64,000 nucleotides of DNA from a bacterium (GTDB lineage: Bacteria; Patescibacteriota; Minisyncoccia; Phycocordibacterales; UBA9973), in assembly GCA_037200905.1 (NCBI GenBank), contig JBBCGN010000001.1:116795-180794 (forward strand). The letters run 5' to 3'. Shown piece by piece: positions 1-8,887 of this stretch. The position numbers and the translations under genes are program-made. Under the pieces are notes generated by a model. The model made no database searches. It saw only the letters and a program-made list of their open reading frames with translations, and was not told where the DNA came from. The first letter of the stretch is position 1; the number at the start of each line of letters is the position of its first letter.

Positions 1-5
1 TATTC

Positions 6-1385
6 ATGGCCATCCTCTATCTCGTCTCGGAAATACTCAAAGCCGACATCTTTACCAATGCGAGCATCGGTACCGCGAACCAGGACATGGTAGCTCGCCT
101 GCTGCTGATCTTCATTCCCGCCCTGCTCATCATCATTCTCCTCAAAAAAGGCTCCTCGTACGCGGAAAAGGCTTCCGGAGAATTCACGGGCGCCATCATG
201 GGCGGCGCCAAGATGCTCGGCGGCTTCGCCCTCGGCGCCGTCACCGGCGGCGCGGCCGTAGCGCTGCGCGGCACCCTCGGCTCGGGCGCGGCGCGCGTGG
301 CCAATGACGACAACCTTAAGGCCAAAGCGGCGGCAGGGGACAAGGGCGCGCAGAGGAAGCTGGCTCTCGCCAACTCCATGTCGAAATGGAGCTTCGACGC
401 CAGGAAGACCCAGGCAGGCGGGCTGGTCCAGAAGCAGACCGGCATGAACCTCCAGACGGGCACCAAGATGTTCGGCCTCGACTCGGCAAAGCTCGCCGGC
501 GGCCGAAAGGCTCAGACGGAACGAACGGTAGCGAAGCATGAAAAGAAAGTGCAGAGCTACCAATTGAGCAAGTCAGCGTCCATGAAACAAGATGCGCGAG
601 GCGCAGAATACCAAAAAGATTTAGCAGAAGCTCAGGCCAAAGCCGCGCCAGCAGATGCTGCGAAAAAAGCTGCCTGGGATGCAGGAGCTGATGCGGAAGT
701 TACAAAAGCAAAAGCTGAAAAAATGAAGACGTTTGAAACGCTCAGTCCGGACGAAGAGAAGGCGATACGGGAAGAATATGCGAAAACCTCTCCGCCACCC
801 GGAGTATTCAATGAAAGCAAGTTCAAAGAAGCCTATGTCGCCGGAGACAAAGAAGCTCTCAAGAAGGAATTCGGCACAGAAAAAGGTGCTGACTTCAAGG
901 CTGGAGAAGTTGGAACCGCAAAAGATGTCAATCAGGGCCGCAGAGATGCATACGCACAGGCCATCGAAGACAAGGCCAACAAACAAGAGGCACGGGGTCA
1001 AGTCAGGACTTTCTGGGACGAATGGAAGAAAGGCTCGAAAGAGATGTTCACTACCGTTCAGGGTGCCAGCATAACTGCAGGCGCTACCGCAATCGCGGGC
1101 CCGCTAGGAACCGTGATCGCAGGCATCGGCGGAGGATTCTTGAGCGCACTGAAGAGCCACTTAGGGGTGACGGGCGAAGAAAACATGGAAGTGGCCGCAG
1201 CAGTCAGGAAGGGCGTGGATCCGAACAAGAAATTCATGGACGACATCACCAAGCTCATGAAGGGAGGAGACCACAAGGCGGCGGAAGAAGTCAAGAAAGC
1301 GGCAGCTGCCGCGGCTGCAAGCAGCGCAGGAGGAGATAAGAAAGATGACTCTGGCGGCGGAGAGGGCGGAGATGCACACCACTAA
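6..1385 (+). CDS. Membrane protein at the head of the T4SS-like operon (possibly 5'-truncated by the window edge)
   Basis: 459-aa ORF whose frame stays open to position 3, so the start may lie upstream. It has N-terminal hydrophobic segments (LLLIFIPALLIIILL), a Gly/Ala-rich stretch, a long Lys/Glu/Ala-rich tail and a second hydrophobic patch near the C-terminus. It sits directly upstream of the PrgI/VirB4 genes. A VirB6/TrbL-like role is only a guess. Confidence 0.5.
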   Translation: MAILYLVSEILKADIFTNASIGTANQDMVARLLLIFIPALLIIILLKKGSSYAEKASGEFTGAIMGGAKMLGGFALGAVTGGAAVALRGTLGSGAARVANDDNLKAKAAAGDKGAQRKLALANSMSKWSFDARKTQAGGLVQKQTGMNLQTGTKMFGLDSAKLAGGRKAQTERTVAKHEKKVQSYQLSKSASMKQDARGAEYQKDLAEAQAKAAPADAAKKAAWDAGADAEVTKAKAEKMKTFETLSPDEEKAIREEYAKTSPPPGVFNESKFKEAYVAGDKEALKKEFGTEKGADFKAGEVGTAKDVNQGRRDAYAQAIEDKANKQEARGQVRTFWDEWKKGSKEMFTTVQGASITAGATAIAGPLGTVIAGIGGGFLSALKSHLGVTGEENMEVAAAVRKGVDPNKKFMDDITKLMKGGDHKAAEEVKKAAAAAAASSAGGDKKDDSGGGEGGDAHH

Positions 1386-1399
1386 TAACATATAAACAT

Positions 1400-1873
1400 A
1401 TGGATGAACAGACCCAGAAAAAAATAAAAGAGAAATTCGATTCCTTGCCTGAAGCCATCAAGGAGACGATTATGTCTTCCCGTTACCAAGACGATCTCAT
1501 CGAAGTCGGCCAGAAGTACCAGCTCTCCACGGAACAGCTCGGACTCTTGGAGAGGGAAACTACGCTCGTCCTGATGGGCCTGACGCCGCCGGACGAATTC
1601 GCGGAAGAGCTGCAGAGAGAACTGGCTATCGACAATGTCCGGATAGGGCAGATGATCGAGGATATCGGCCAGAAAGTATTCATGCCGCTCAAGACGCTGC
1701 TCAAGATCATGTACACGCCGGAAGGAGAAGCCCCGGAAGTGGAAGATGAAGACGAAGAAGAACCGGCGGCGGCCGTACAGTCCGCATATTTCGACCGCAA
1801 CTTGCAGCCGCCAGTGCATGAAGTCCCCAGAGAAGCAGTACAGGTACCGATAAATCCGACAGCCAGGTCTTGA
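1400..1873 (+). CDS. Hypothetical acidic protein in the T4SS-like operon
   Basis: 157-aa ORF, tightly packed 14 nt after the previous stop, with codon usage like its neighbours. No recognisable motif. Confidence 0.5.
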   Translation: MDEQTQKKIKEKFDSLPEAIKETIMSSRYQDDLIEVGQKYQLSTEQLGLLERETTLVLMGLTPPDEFAEELQRELAIDNVRIGQMIEDIGQKVFMPLKTLLKIMYTPEGEAPEVEDEDEEEPAAAVQSAYFDRNLQPPVHEVPREAVQVPINPTARS

Positions 1874-2175
1874 GTTCGGCCGGTATCGAGCTCGCGCCGA
1901 AAAAAGCGGAGATCAGAGCCGAAACGCCGGTACCGGTAGAAGCGCGCGAGGAGATCATGGCCAAAGTCGAGCATCCCGACAATGTCGTACCGGCGGCAGT
2001 GCTCCGTGATACGGTCATACGTCCCGCCCCGGCGACAATCGTCGAAGCTCCCAAGGCACAAGCTCCCGTGCAGGCTCCGCCGCCATCTTCGGCACCCGTG
2101 CAGGCTCCTGCGCCCGCATCTGTATCGGCAGCGCCCGCGCGGACTGCGGATCCGTACCGGATGCCGATCGAGTAG
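1870..2175 (+). CDS. Hypothetical Pro/Ala-rich protein (may be the frameshifted C-terminal continuation of 1400..1873)
   Basis: 101-aa ORF with a non-ATG start overlapping the previous stop. It is PA-rich low complexity ending in ADPYRMPIE. Because this assembly has many 1-nt indels, fusion with the upstream ORF cannot be excluded. Confidence 0.35.
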   Translation: MSSAGIELAPKKAEIRAETPVPVEAREEIMAKVEHPDNVVPAAVLRDTVIRPAPATIVEAPKAQAPVQAPPPSSAPVQAPAPASVSAAPARTADPYRMPIE

Positions 2176-2184
2176 ATATCCATT

Positions 2185-2606
2185 ATGCAATTCAAAGTTC
2201 CACAATTTCTCGACATCGAAGACACCATCTTCGGGCCGTTCACTTTCAAGGAGTTCGTCTATCTCGTGGGCGGGGGGGGAGTGTGCTACATCCTGTACAA
2301 GGCCCTCGGCTTCTGGGTCGGCGCCGTCCCTATCCTCATCGTGGCCGGATTTTCTCTCGCGCTGGTGTTCTACAAGCCGAACGGCAAGCCGTTCATCAAC
2401 CTCATCCAGTCCGCGCTCGGGTACGTCTTCGCGAGCAAGCTCTACATCTGAAGCGCAGGAAGTACAATCCCGAAGAGGAGAAGAAAAAGGCGGCGGCCGT
2501 GACAGCGCCGATGCACGAGAACAAGCTCGGAGGAGAGAAGCTGAAAGACTTGGCATGGAGTCTCGACATCCTCGACATGAAGAAAGAGAGGGCCGAGAAT
2601 CGCTAA
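2185..2606 (+). CDS. PrgI-family / VirB3-like small T4SS membrane protein (one apparent frameshift near 2450)
   Basis: The N-terminus MQFKVPQFLDIEDTIFGPFTFKEFVYLVGGGG plus two TM segments is the typical PrgI-family signature. The ORF stops at 2449-2451 (atc tga agc). Adding one G (atc tgg aag cgc) continues into the basic tail KRRKYNPEEEKKK... encoded by ORF 2283..2606. Confidence 0.6.
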
Positions 2607-2634
2607 GCATCAATAATTAGGTTACAATAAGGAT

Positions 2635-3273
2635 ATGGCATTAAACGCGCGGGCAACTCAAGAATTCGTACCGATCAAAGAAGTGCGCGACGGCGTCATC
2701 CTCCTCAAGGACGGCGGCCTGCGGGCCATCGTGCTCGCGAGCTCCATCAATCTCTCGCTCAAGTCCGACGACGAGCAGAAGGCCATCATCCTGCAGTTCC
2801 AGAGCTTCTTGAATACTCTCGATTTCTACATACAGATATCGGTGCAGTCGCGCATGCTCGATATCCGGCCATACCTCTTGCTCCTCGAGGAGCGCATGAA
2901 GGTGCAGAACGAGCCGCTCCTGAAGCTCCAGACCAAGGAATACATGGATTTCATCCGCAATTTCACGGAAACCGTGAGCATCATGACCAAGAATTTCTTC
3001 GTGGTCGTGCCGTATACCGAGACGAAGATAACCGCCGAATCCGGCATCCTGAAAGACATCCTGCCCAAGAAGCACAACGCGGAGATGAGAGTGGCCGAAC
3101 AGCTCGATTTCGAGGAGAAAAAATCCCAGCTCGAGCAGCGCGTGGCGGTCATCCAGCAGGGCCTGGCCCGGTGCAGCATCAATACCGCCCAGCTCGGCAC
3201 CGAAGAAGTCGTCGAAGCCTTTTACAAGGTCTTCAATCCGGGAGAGATCGAAGGGAAGATAAAGCTCGAATAA
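2635..3273 (+). CDS. T4SS-associated protein resembling the N-terminal region of Gram-positive VirB4/TrsE-type proteins
   Basis: 212-aa ORF. TQEFVPIKEVRDGVILLKDGGLRAIVLASSINLSLKSDDEQKAIILQFQSFLNTL resembles the N-terminal domain pattern of Gram-positive conjugation ATPases. It has no Walker motifs and lies immediately upstream of virB4. Confidence 0.45.
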   Translation: MALNARATQEFVPIKEVRDGVILLKDGGLRAIVLASSINLSLKSDDEQKAIILQFQSFLNTLDFYIQISVQSRMLDIRPYLLLLEERMKVQNEPLLKLQTKEYMDFIRNFTETVSIMTKNFFVVVPYTETKITAESGILKDILPKKHNAEMRVAEQLDFEEKKSQLEQRVAVIQQGLARCSINTAQLGTEEVVEAFYKVFNPGEIEGKIKLE

Positions 3274-3279
3274 TATTTT

Positions 3280-5136
3280 ATGGCATTCTTGGATTCATTG
3301 TTCGGAAAAAAGAAGAAGGATACGGGAGAGGGAGTCAATGCTTCCATCGTCTCGGTCGTGCCGGAAAAGATCTACGAATCCGCGAAGCTCGAGCTGCAGG
3401 ACGTCATCGCGCCGTCGGCATTGAAGATCGAGCCGAAATCCATCAATCTCGGCGACAAGATCGCCCGTACGTTCTTCATCATCTCGTATCCGAGGTATCT
3501 CACCGACAACTGGTTCTCGCCCATCATCAACCTCGACAAGATTTTCGACATCTCCGTCTTCATCCATCCCGTCGACACCTCGCTCGCCCTGCGCCAGTTC
3601 CAGAAAAAAGTGGCCGAAGTGCAGAGCCAGATCAGCGTGCGCGAGCAGAAGGGCATGGTGCGCGACCCGAAGCTCGATACCGCCTATCAGGACCTCGAAT
3701 CCCTCCGCGACAACCTCATGCAGGCCCAGGAGAAGATGTTCGACGTGGGCATCTATATCACCATCTACGCCGACAACGAGCTCGAGCTCTTCAAGATCGA
3801 GAACGAGATCAAGTCCATCTTCGAATCGAAGCTCATTTACATAAAGCCGGCCCTCTTCCAGCAGGACGAAGGCTTCAAGAGCGTCATCCCGATCGGCAAC
3901 GACTCGCTCCAGGTCTATCAGAAGCTCAATTCCGAGCCGCTGTCCTCGATCTTCCCGTTCGTGTCGTTCAACCTCACTTCCGACAAGGGCATCCTCTACG
4001 GCATCAACCGCCACAACTCGAGCCTGGTCATCTTCGACCGTTTTTCGCTCGAGAACTACAATTCCGTGACTTTCGCCAAGTCCGGTTCCGGAAAATCGTA
4101 CGCCACCAAGCTCGAGATATTGCGCAGCCTGATGTTCGACATCGACGTCATCGTCATCGACCCGGAAAGGGAATACGAATACTTGTCGGAAACCGTCGGC
4201 GGCAGATATTTCAATATCTCGCTCTCCTCCGACCACCACATCAACCCGTTCGACCTGCCGATCCCTCGCGAGGACGAGACGGCCGAAGACGTGCTCCGCT
4301 CGAACATCATCAACCTCGTCGGACTCTTCCGCCTCATGCTCGGGGGGCTCTCGCCCGAAGAAGATTCGATCGTCGACCGGGCCATCTCGGAGACGTACGC
4401 CATGAAAGACATCACGCCGGATTCTGATTTCTCGAGCATCGAGCCGCCGCTCCTGTCGGACTTCGAGATGGTAGTCTCCGGCATGGAAGGCAGCGAGTCC
4501 GTGGTGCAGCGCCTGACGAAATACACCAAGGGCTCCTGGTCCACCTTCATCAACAAGCCGTCGAACGTCGACATCAACAAGAAATTCGTGGTCTTCTCCG
4601 TCCGCGACATGGAGGACGAGCTCAAGCCGGTGGCCATGTACATCGTCACCCACTACATCTGGAACACCATCAGGAAGAACCTGAAGAAGCGCATCCTGGT
4701 CGTCGACGAGGCCTGGTGGATGATGAAATCCGACGACACCGCCTCTTTCCTGTATTCCATCGCCAAGCGCGGCCGCAAATATTACCTCGGCCTCGCCACC
4801 ATCACCCAGGACTCGGCCGACTTCATGAAGAGCCCATACGGCGTGCCGATCGTCACCAACTCTTCCATCCAGCTCCTCCTCAAGCAGTCGCCTTCGACGA
4901 TAGATATCCTGCAGAAAACCTTCAACCTGACCGACGAGGAGAAGTATCTCCTGCTCGAGTCCGGCCTCGGAGAGGGCATATTCTTCGCCGGCACCAAGCA
5001 CGTGGCCATAAAGGTCATCGCCTCCTACACGGAAGACCAGATCATCACCTCGGATCCTTCGCAGATCCTCTCGATCAAGAAGGAGAAGAAAGACTTGGAA
5101 GAAATGGAGGCCGCGCAGAACGTGCGCAAGATCTAA
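3280..5136 (+). CDS. virB4: VirB4/TrsE-like type IV secretion ATPase
   Basis: 618-aa intact ORF with Walker A (FAKSGSGKSYATK), Walker B (RILVVDEAWWMM) and the C-terminal motif ATITQDSADF typical of VirB4/TraC-family ATPases. Confidence 0.9.
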   Translation: MAFLDSLFGKKKKDTGEGVNASIVSVVPEKIYESAKLELQDVIAPSALKIEPKSINLGDKIARTFFIISYPRYLTDNWFSPIINLDKIFDISVFIHPVDTSLALRQFQKKVAEVQSQISVREQKGMVRDPKLDTAYQDLESLRDNLMQAQEKMFDVGIYITIYADNELELFKIENEIKSIFESKLIYIKPALFQQDEGFKSVIPIGNDSLQVYQKLNSEPLSSIFPFVSFNLTSDKGILYGINRHNSSLVIFDRFSLENYNSVTFAKSGSGKSYATKLEILRSLMFDIDVIVIDPEREYEYLSETVGGRYFNISLSSDHHINPFDLPIPREDETAEDVLRSNIINLVGLFRLMLGGLSPEEDSIVDRAISETYAMKDITPDSDFSSIEPPLLSDFEMVVSGMEGSESVVQRLTKYTKGSWSTFINKPSNVDINKKFVVFSVRDMEDELKPVAMYIVTHYIWNTIRKNLKKRILVVDEAWWMMKSDDTASFLYSIAKRGRKYYLGLATITQDSADFMKSPYGVPIVTNSSIQLLLKQSPSTIDILQKTFNLTDEEKYLLLESGLGEGIFFAGTKHVAIKVIASYTEDQIITSDPSQILSIKKEKKDLEEMEAAQNVRKI

Positions 5137-5158
5137 ATCCCCCGAAAGGGGGATTTTC
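5137..5158 (+). terminator. Intrinsic terminator or attenuator hairpin after virB4
   Basis: atccccc-gaaa-gggggat stem-loop followed by a T-run, starting 1 nt after the virB4 stop. Confidence 0.65.
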
Positions 5159-5222
5159 AGCTTTATTTAAAGGTCTATTTGTTTTATAATGAGGTCATGG
5201 AACGCCAGCCGTTCAAACTTTT

Positions 5223-6281
5223 TTGCTCATAGCATCTCTATGCCTCTTGTTCTGTGTGAGCATCTTCGGCTCCAAAGCGCATGCGCAATCCTACGGCGGC
5301 ATTTCTGCCGACGATTACGCCGAGCTCCTGCTCCAAAATCCGTTGCAGGGCCTTGCGCCGAGCTCGTCGACCCCGGAATCGACAAGCATCATCATGCATG
5401 TCATACCGAAAACCCCGCGCCCAACCAGAGCGTCACCGTCAATGTCACGAGCTATGCCGAAAATCTTGATACGAGCAGGATCGAATGGTACGTGGACAAC
5501 AAGCTGGTCTCGTCCGGCATCGGCAAGAAGGAAATCATGGTGCAATCTCCGGTCCAGGGCGGCTCGATGTCCGTCCTCGCGAGGAATCACCACCAGTGTC
5601 GGAACTACTACGCAGACCAGCGCCACCATACGGCCGAACATCACATCGCTCCTCTGGGAAGCCACGAACTCGTACGTGCCGCCCTTTTACAAGGGAAAAG
5701 CCTTGCCCGTGTCGGATACGTATATAAAGGTCGTGGCCATACCGGAGATCAAAGTCTTGAACGGCATCGTCAAGTCGGATAATCTGGTATACAGCTGGGA
5801 AAAGGACTTCACAAATTCCCAGGACGGTTCCGGGTACGGAAAGAGTTCCTTCCTGTACAAGAACAATTATCTTGATCGCTCCAACAACATCGCCGTCAGC
5901 ATCAGCACCATCGACCAGAAATATTCCGCCCAAGCGAGGATCGCTATAAAGCCCGTGAGGCCGGAACTCCTCTTCTACAGGGAAGACCCGAACCTCGGCG
6001 TAGAATGGGGCCGCACGCTGACGAGCCCGCACAAGATAAACGGCGAAGAGACCCTGGTGGCCGCGCCGTATTTCTTCGCGCCGGCTGATCTGACAAAGCC
6101 AGAATTGTCGTTCAACTGGTCGCTCAACAACGTACCGATAACGCTCTTCGGCAACACCAAGAACCGCCTGCCGCTCAAGGTGGAAGGGGGCACCTCGGGC
6201 TCGTCGGACCTGCGGCTCCACATTGAGAACAAATACGAATTCTTCCTGACCCTCGACAGCCTCATGAATGTGCAATTTTAA
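5223..6281 (+). CDS. Secreted hypothetical protein of the T4SS-like operon (two apparent frameshifts)
   Basis: Signal-peptide-like N-terminus MLIASLCLLFCVSIFGSKAHA. The plausible sequence jumps to the frame of ORF 5189..5782 at the a4c4 run at 5409-5416 (NPAPNQSVTVNVTSYAENLD...) and returns near 5580-5585. The C-terminal 230 aa are uninterrupted. Confidence 0.5.
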   Translation: MLIASLCLLFCVSIFGSKAHAQSYGGISADDYAELLLQNPLQGLAPSSSTPESTSIIMHVIPKTPRPTRASPSMSRAMPKILIRAGSNGTWTTSWSRPASARRKSWCNLRSRAARCPSSRGITTSVGTTTQTSATIRPNITSLLWEATNSYVPPFYKGKALPVSDTYIKVVAIPEIKVLNGIVKSDNLVYSWEKDFTNSQDGSGYGKSSFLYKNNYLDRSNNIAVSISTIDQKYSAQARIAIKPVRPELLFYREDPNLGVEWGRTLTSPHKINGEETLVAAPYFFAPADLTKPELSFNWSLNNVPITLFGNTKNRLPLKVEGGTSGSSDLRLHIENKYEFFLTLDSLMNVQF

Positions 6282-6284
6282 ACG

Positions 6285-7411
6285 ATGAAAAAGATACGTA
6301 GCAGAATAGCCGTCCTCGCCTTCATGGCGCTCCTCTGTGCCGGTTTTGCCGGCTTGGCGCACTATGCGTCCGCGCAGCAGATGGGAGCCTGTTCCAAGGC
6401 GGACCCTACCGGCAATACCATCATGCCGAAAGAGACCTGCGATACCCTCGGAGGCATCTGGATCGCGGGAACCATCAATCCGAACACCGCGCCGACGGCT
6501 ACTCCTCCGGCCCCTGCGAGCTACGGCACGTACAAATTCTTGGCGCCGCTTTCTCCCGACCTCGAGACCTTCGACTCCGCGCAGAAAATTCTCTGAGCGT
6601 CTACCTGAACATCATGATAAAGGTGCTCATCGGCATCGCCGCCGTACTGGCCATGATCATGATCGTAGCAGGGGGCATACAATACATGACCAGCGGCTTG
6701 GTCTCGAGCAAGGAGGCGGGGAAGCATCGCATCACCAATGCCATCATCGGGCTCCTCATAGCCCTCGGGGCGTACATCATCCTTTTCACCATCAACCCGA
6801 ACCTGCTCAAGACCATCGACCCGAGCGACGAGGATCAGTTCGCCACCACGACGCTCACGGATTATGGAGGCGACCTGGAAGGCACGGGAACATATACTCC
6901 GATATCGCAGGGTGTTTCGCCCGCCAGTTTGGCCGCCTTGCGGGCCATGGGCATCATCTGCCCCGGAGAGGGAGGAGTCAACGCCCTTCCGCAGATAGCG
7001 CAAAGCTTCTCGAATCACGTGACGTACAATAACAACCTGAGAGGCACCATCGACGCTTCCGTCCCGACCGTATACTTGGACTGTTCCGCGTTCGTCGCCC
7101 AGGTATACGCATGCGCCGGACTGAGCAATCCGGGAAGCACCACCACGTCCGACTTCTCTTCCAAGACTGCCGTACCGAAGAAAGCCGACGGAACGCTCGA
7201 TGTCAACGCCCTGCATGTCGGCGACCTCGTCGGATGGACGGCCTCGGACTACGGCACGCCCATGGGCCATGTCCTGATGTATATCGGCAACGGGCAATTT
7301 ATCAATGCGGTGGGAGGCTCCACGAACGGCGTATTGCATGCGCCAAATGCCTCAGTCAGGGTAACGACGACGGTCTTGAGCAAAATAAAGTGGATTAATC
7401 CCGCGCCATAA
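6285..7411 (+). CDS. VirB2/TrbC-like two-TM module fused to an NlpC/P60 cell-wall hydrolase (one apparent frameshift at 6585-6588)
   Basis: Signal peptide, then the pilin-like hairpin VLIGIAAVLAMIMIVAGGIQYM...AIIGLLIALGAYIILF. The C-terminal NlpC/P60 signature has the Cys in LDCSAFVAQVY and the His in GHVLMYIGNG. Adding one A to the a4 run at 6585-6588 gives AQKNSLSVYLNIMIK, colinear with the paralog's AQDNALSIYLNMIIK. Confidence 0.75.
6626..6756 (+). repeat. 131-bp exact repeat, copy 1 (pilin-like TM hairpin coding segment)
   Basis: Base-for-base identical to 9116..9246. The flanks are only moderately similar. Confidence 0.95.
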
Positions 7412-7416
7412 ATCTT

Positions 7417-8886
7417 ATGTCAAAAAGAAATTTCAAAATCTTAATAATCGTCCTCCTCATACTGGCCCTGATCGCTTTTCTCTATTTTTATTTCTACAAG
7501 AAGCCGGCCGGGCCCGCAGGCACCGGCGACGATGCCAATTCATACTCGGGATTCGGCAACGGCGGCGGTAAGAACAACGGCTCGGACAACAATTCTCCGA
7601 CCGACATCTCCGGGACGGGAGGGACGGGGACGAACCAGCCGGTACCGAAACTGCGGAAGGTTTCCAGCATGCCAGTCGCCGGCTTCGGCATCTTCACCAA
7701 AGAAAGGTTCAAGGAAGTGCCGGCAGCCGCGCCCGCATCGGATCCGGCGCCCGCGGCGACAACTTCTCCAAGCGCAAGCGCCACAGATATGGATGCGGAC
7801 TACGCCGGCGACGCAGAGGGTAGCGGCACGTACACTCCGGTCACGCCGCCGAAAAGCTCTGCCCCGGCGACGTCTCCTGCTCCTCTCAAGCCGGCTGCCA
7901 AGACGACGGCAAAAAGTCCGTCTGCGCCGACGACCGAATTCGTGACGGCGGTGCGATACGCGGCCCGCGCCACCGGCAACATCTATCAGACTTTTGCCGA
8001 TACATTGAACGAGCAGAAATTCTCCTCGACTATCATCCCGAAAATTTATGACGCGTACTTCGACAGCAAGGCCGAATCCGTGGTGATGAGGTACCTGAAG
8101 AACGACCAAGAGACCATAGAGACGTTCGCGGGAGTGCTGCCGAAAGAGCTGCTCGCGGGGGACACTACCGGCAACAACGAGCTCAAGGGCTCCTTCCTGG
8201 GAGAGGGCATTACCGATATCAGCATGTCCGCCGACCTCCAAAAGATATTCTATCTCATCGACATCTCCGATACCGCGACGGGCGTGACGTCGGGCTATCT
8301 CGGGGACAAGAAGACGGAGGTATTCAACTCGCCGTTCACCGAATGGCTGTCGCAATGGCCGAACGCGAACATGGTCACCATCACCACCAAGCCCGCCTCC
8401 GGCTACCCGGGCTACATGTACTGGTTCGATCCCGCCAAGCAGGACCTGCAACAGGTGCTCGGGAACATAAACGGCCTGACCGACCTGACCAGCCCCGACG
8501 GCAAAATAGTGCTGTACAGCAATGACCAGTTGGGCCTGAGCCTGTACAACGTGGCGAGCAAAAACGTCATCCCCGTCGGCTTGCGCACCATGCCTGAAAA
8601 ATGCGTATGGACCAAGGCCAGCACGGCGCTGTATTGCTTCGTGCCGAAGACCCTGATCCCGAACAACCAGTATCCGGATGACTGGTACAAAGGCAAGATC
8701 TCTTTCTCCGATCAGATATGGAGCATGAACGCCCTCGACGGCACGGTCAGCCTGGTAGCGGATCCGATCAGCTTCCCGGGAGGGGAAGAGATCGACGGCA
8801 CGAAGCCCGCGCTCGACAAGGACGGCCGCTATCTCTTCTTCGTGAACAAGAAGGATTCGTTCCTGTGGGAATTCGACCTGCAATAG
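7417..8886 (+). CDS. Membrane-anchored protein with a low-complexity linker and a TolB-like beta-propeller C-terminal region
   Basis: 489-aa intact ORF with an N-terminal TM (ILIIVLLILALIAFLYFYF) and a G/N/S/P/A-rich linker. The C-terminal part has propeller-like repeats (PDGKIVLYSNDQLGLSLYNV, DKDGRYLFFVNKKD). Confidence 0.55.
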   Translation: MSKRNFKILIIVLLILALIAFLYFYFYKKPAGPAGTGDDANSYSGFGNGGGKNNGSDNNSPTDISGTGGTGTNQPVPKLRKVSSMPVAGFGIFTKERFKEVPAAAPASDPAPAATTSPSASATDMDADYAGDAEGSGTYTPVTPPKSSAPATSPAPLKPAAKTTAKSPSAPTTEFVTAVRYAARATGNIYQTFADTLNEQKFSSTIIPKIYDAYFDSKAESVVMRYLKNDQETIETFAGVLPKELLAGDTTGNNELKGSFLGEGITDISMSADLQKIFYLIDISDTATGVTSGYLGDKKTEVFNSPFTEWLSQWPNANMVTITTKPASGYPGYMYWFDPAKQDLQQVLGNINGLTDLTSPDGKIVLYSNDQLGLSLYNVASKNVIPVGLRTMPEKCVWTKASTALYCFVPKTLIPNNQYPDDWYKGKISFSDQIWSMNALDGTVSLVADPISFPGGEEIDGTKPALDKDGRYLFFVNKKDSFLWEFDLQ

Positions 8887-8887
8887 C

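Noticed and set aside
3295-5001. 568-aa minus-strand ORF antisense to virB4. Similar long antisense ORFs occur at 7540..8946, 15054..16271, 27198..28922, 29597..31498 and 51594..52850.
   Set aside because: They lie opposite genes with unmistakable conserved motifs. They are Arg/Gly/Asp/Glu/Val-rich low-complexity translations typical of stop-poor shadow frames in GC-rich coding DNA, and they have no motifs of their own.
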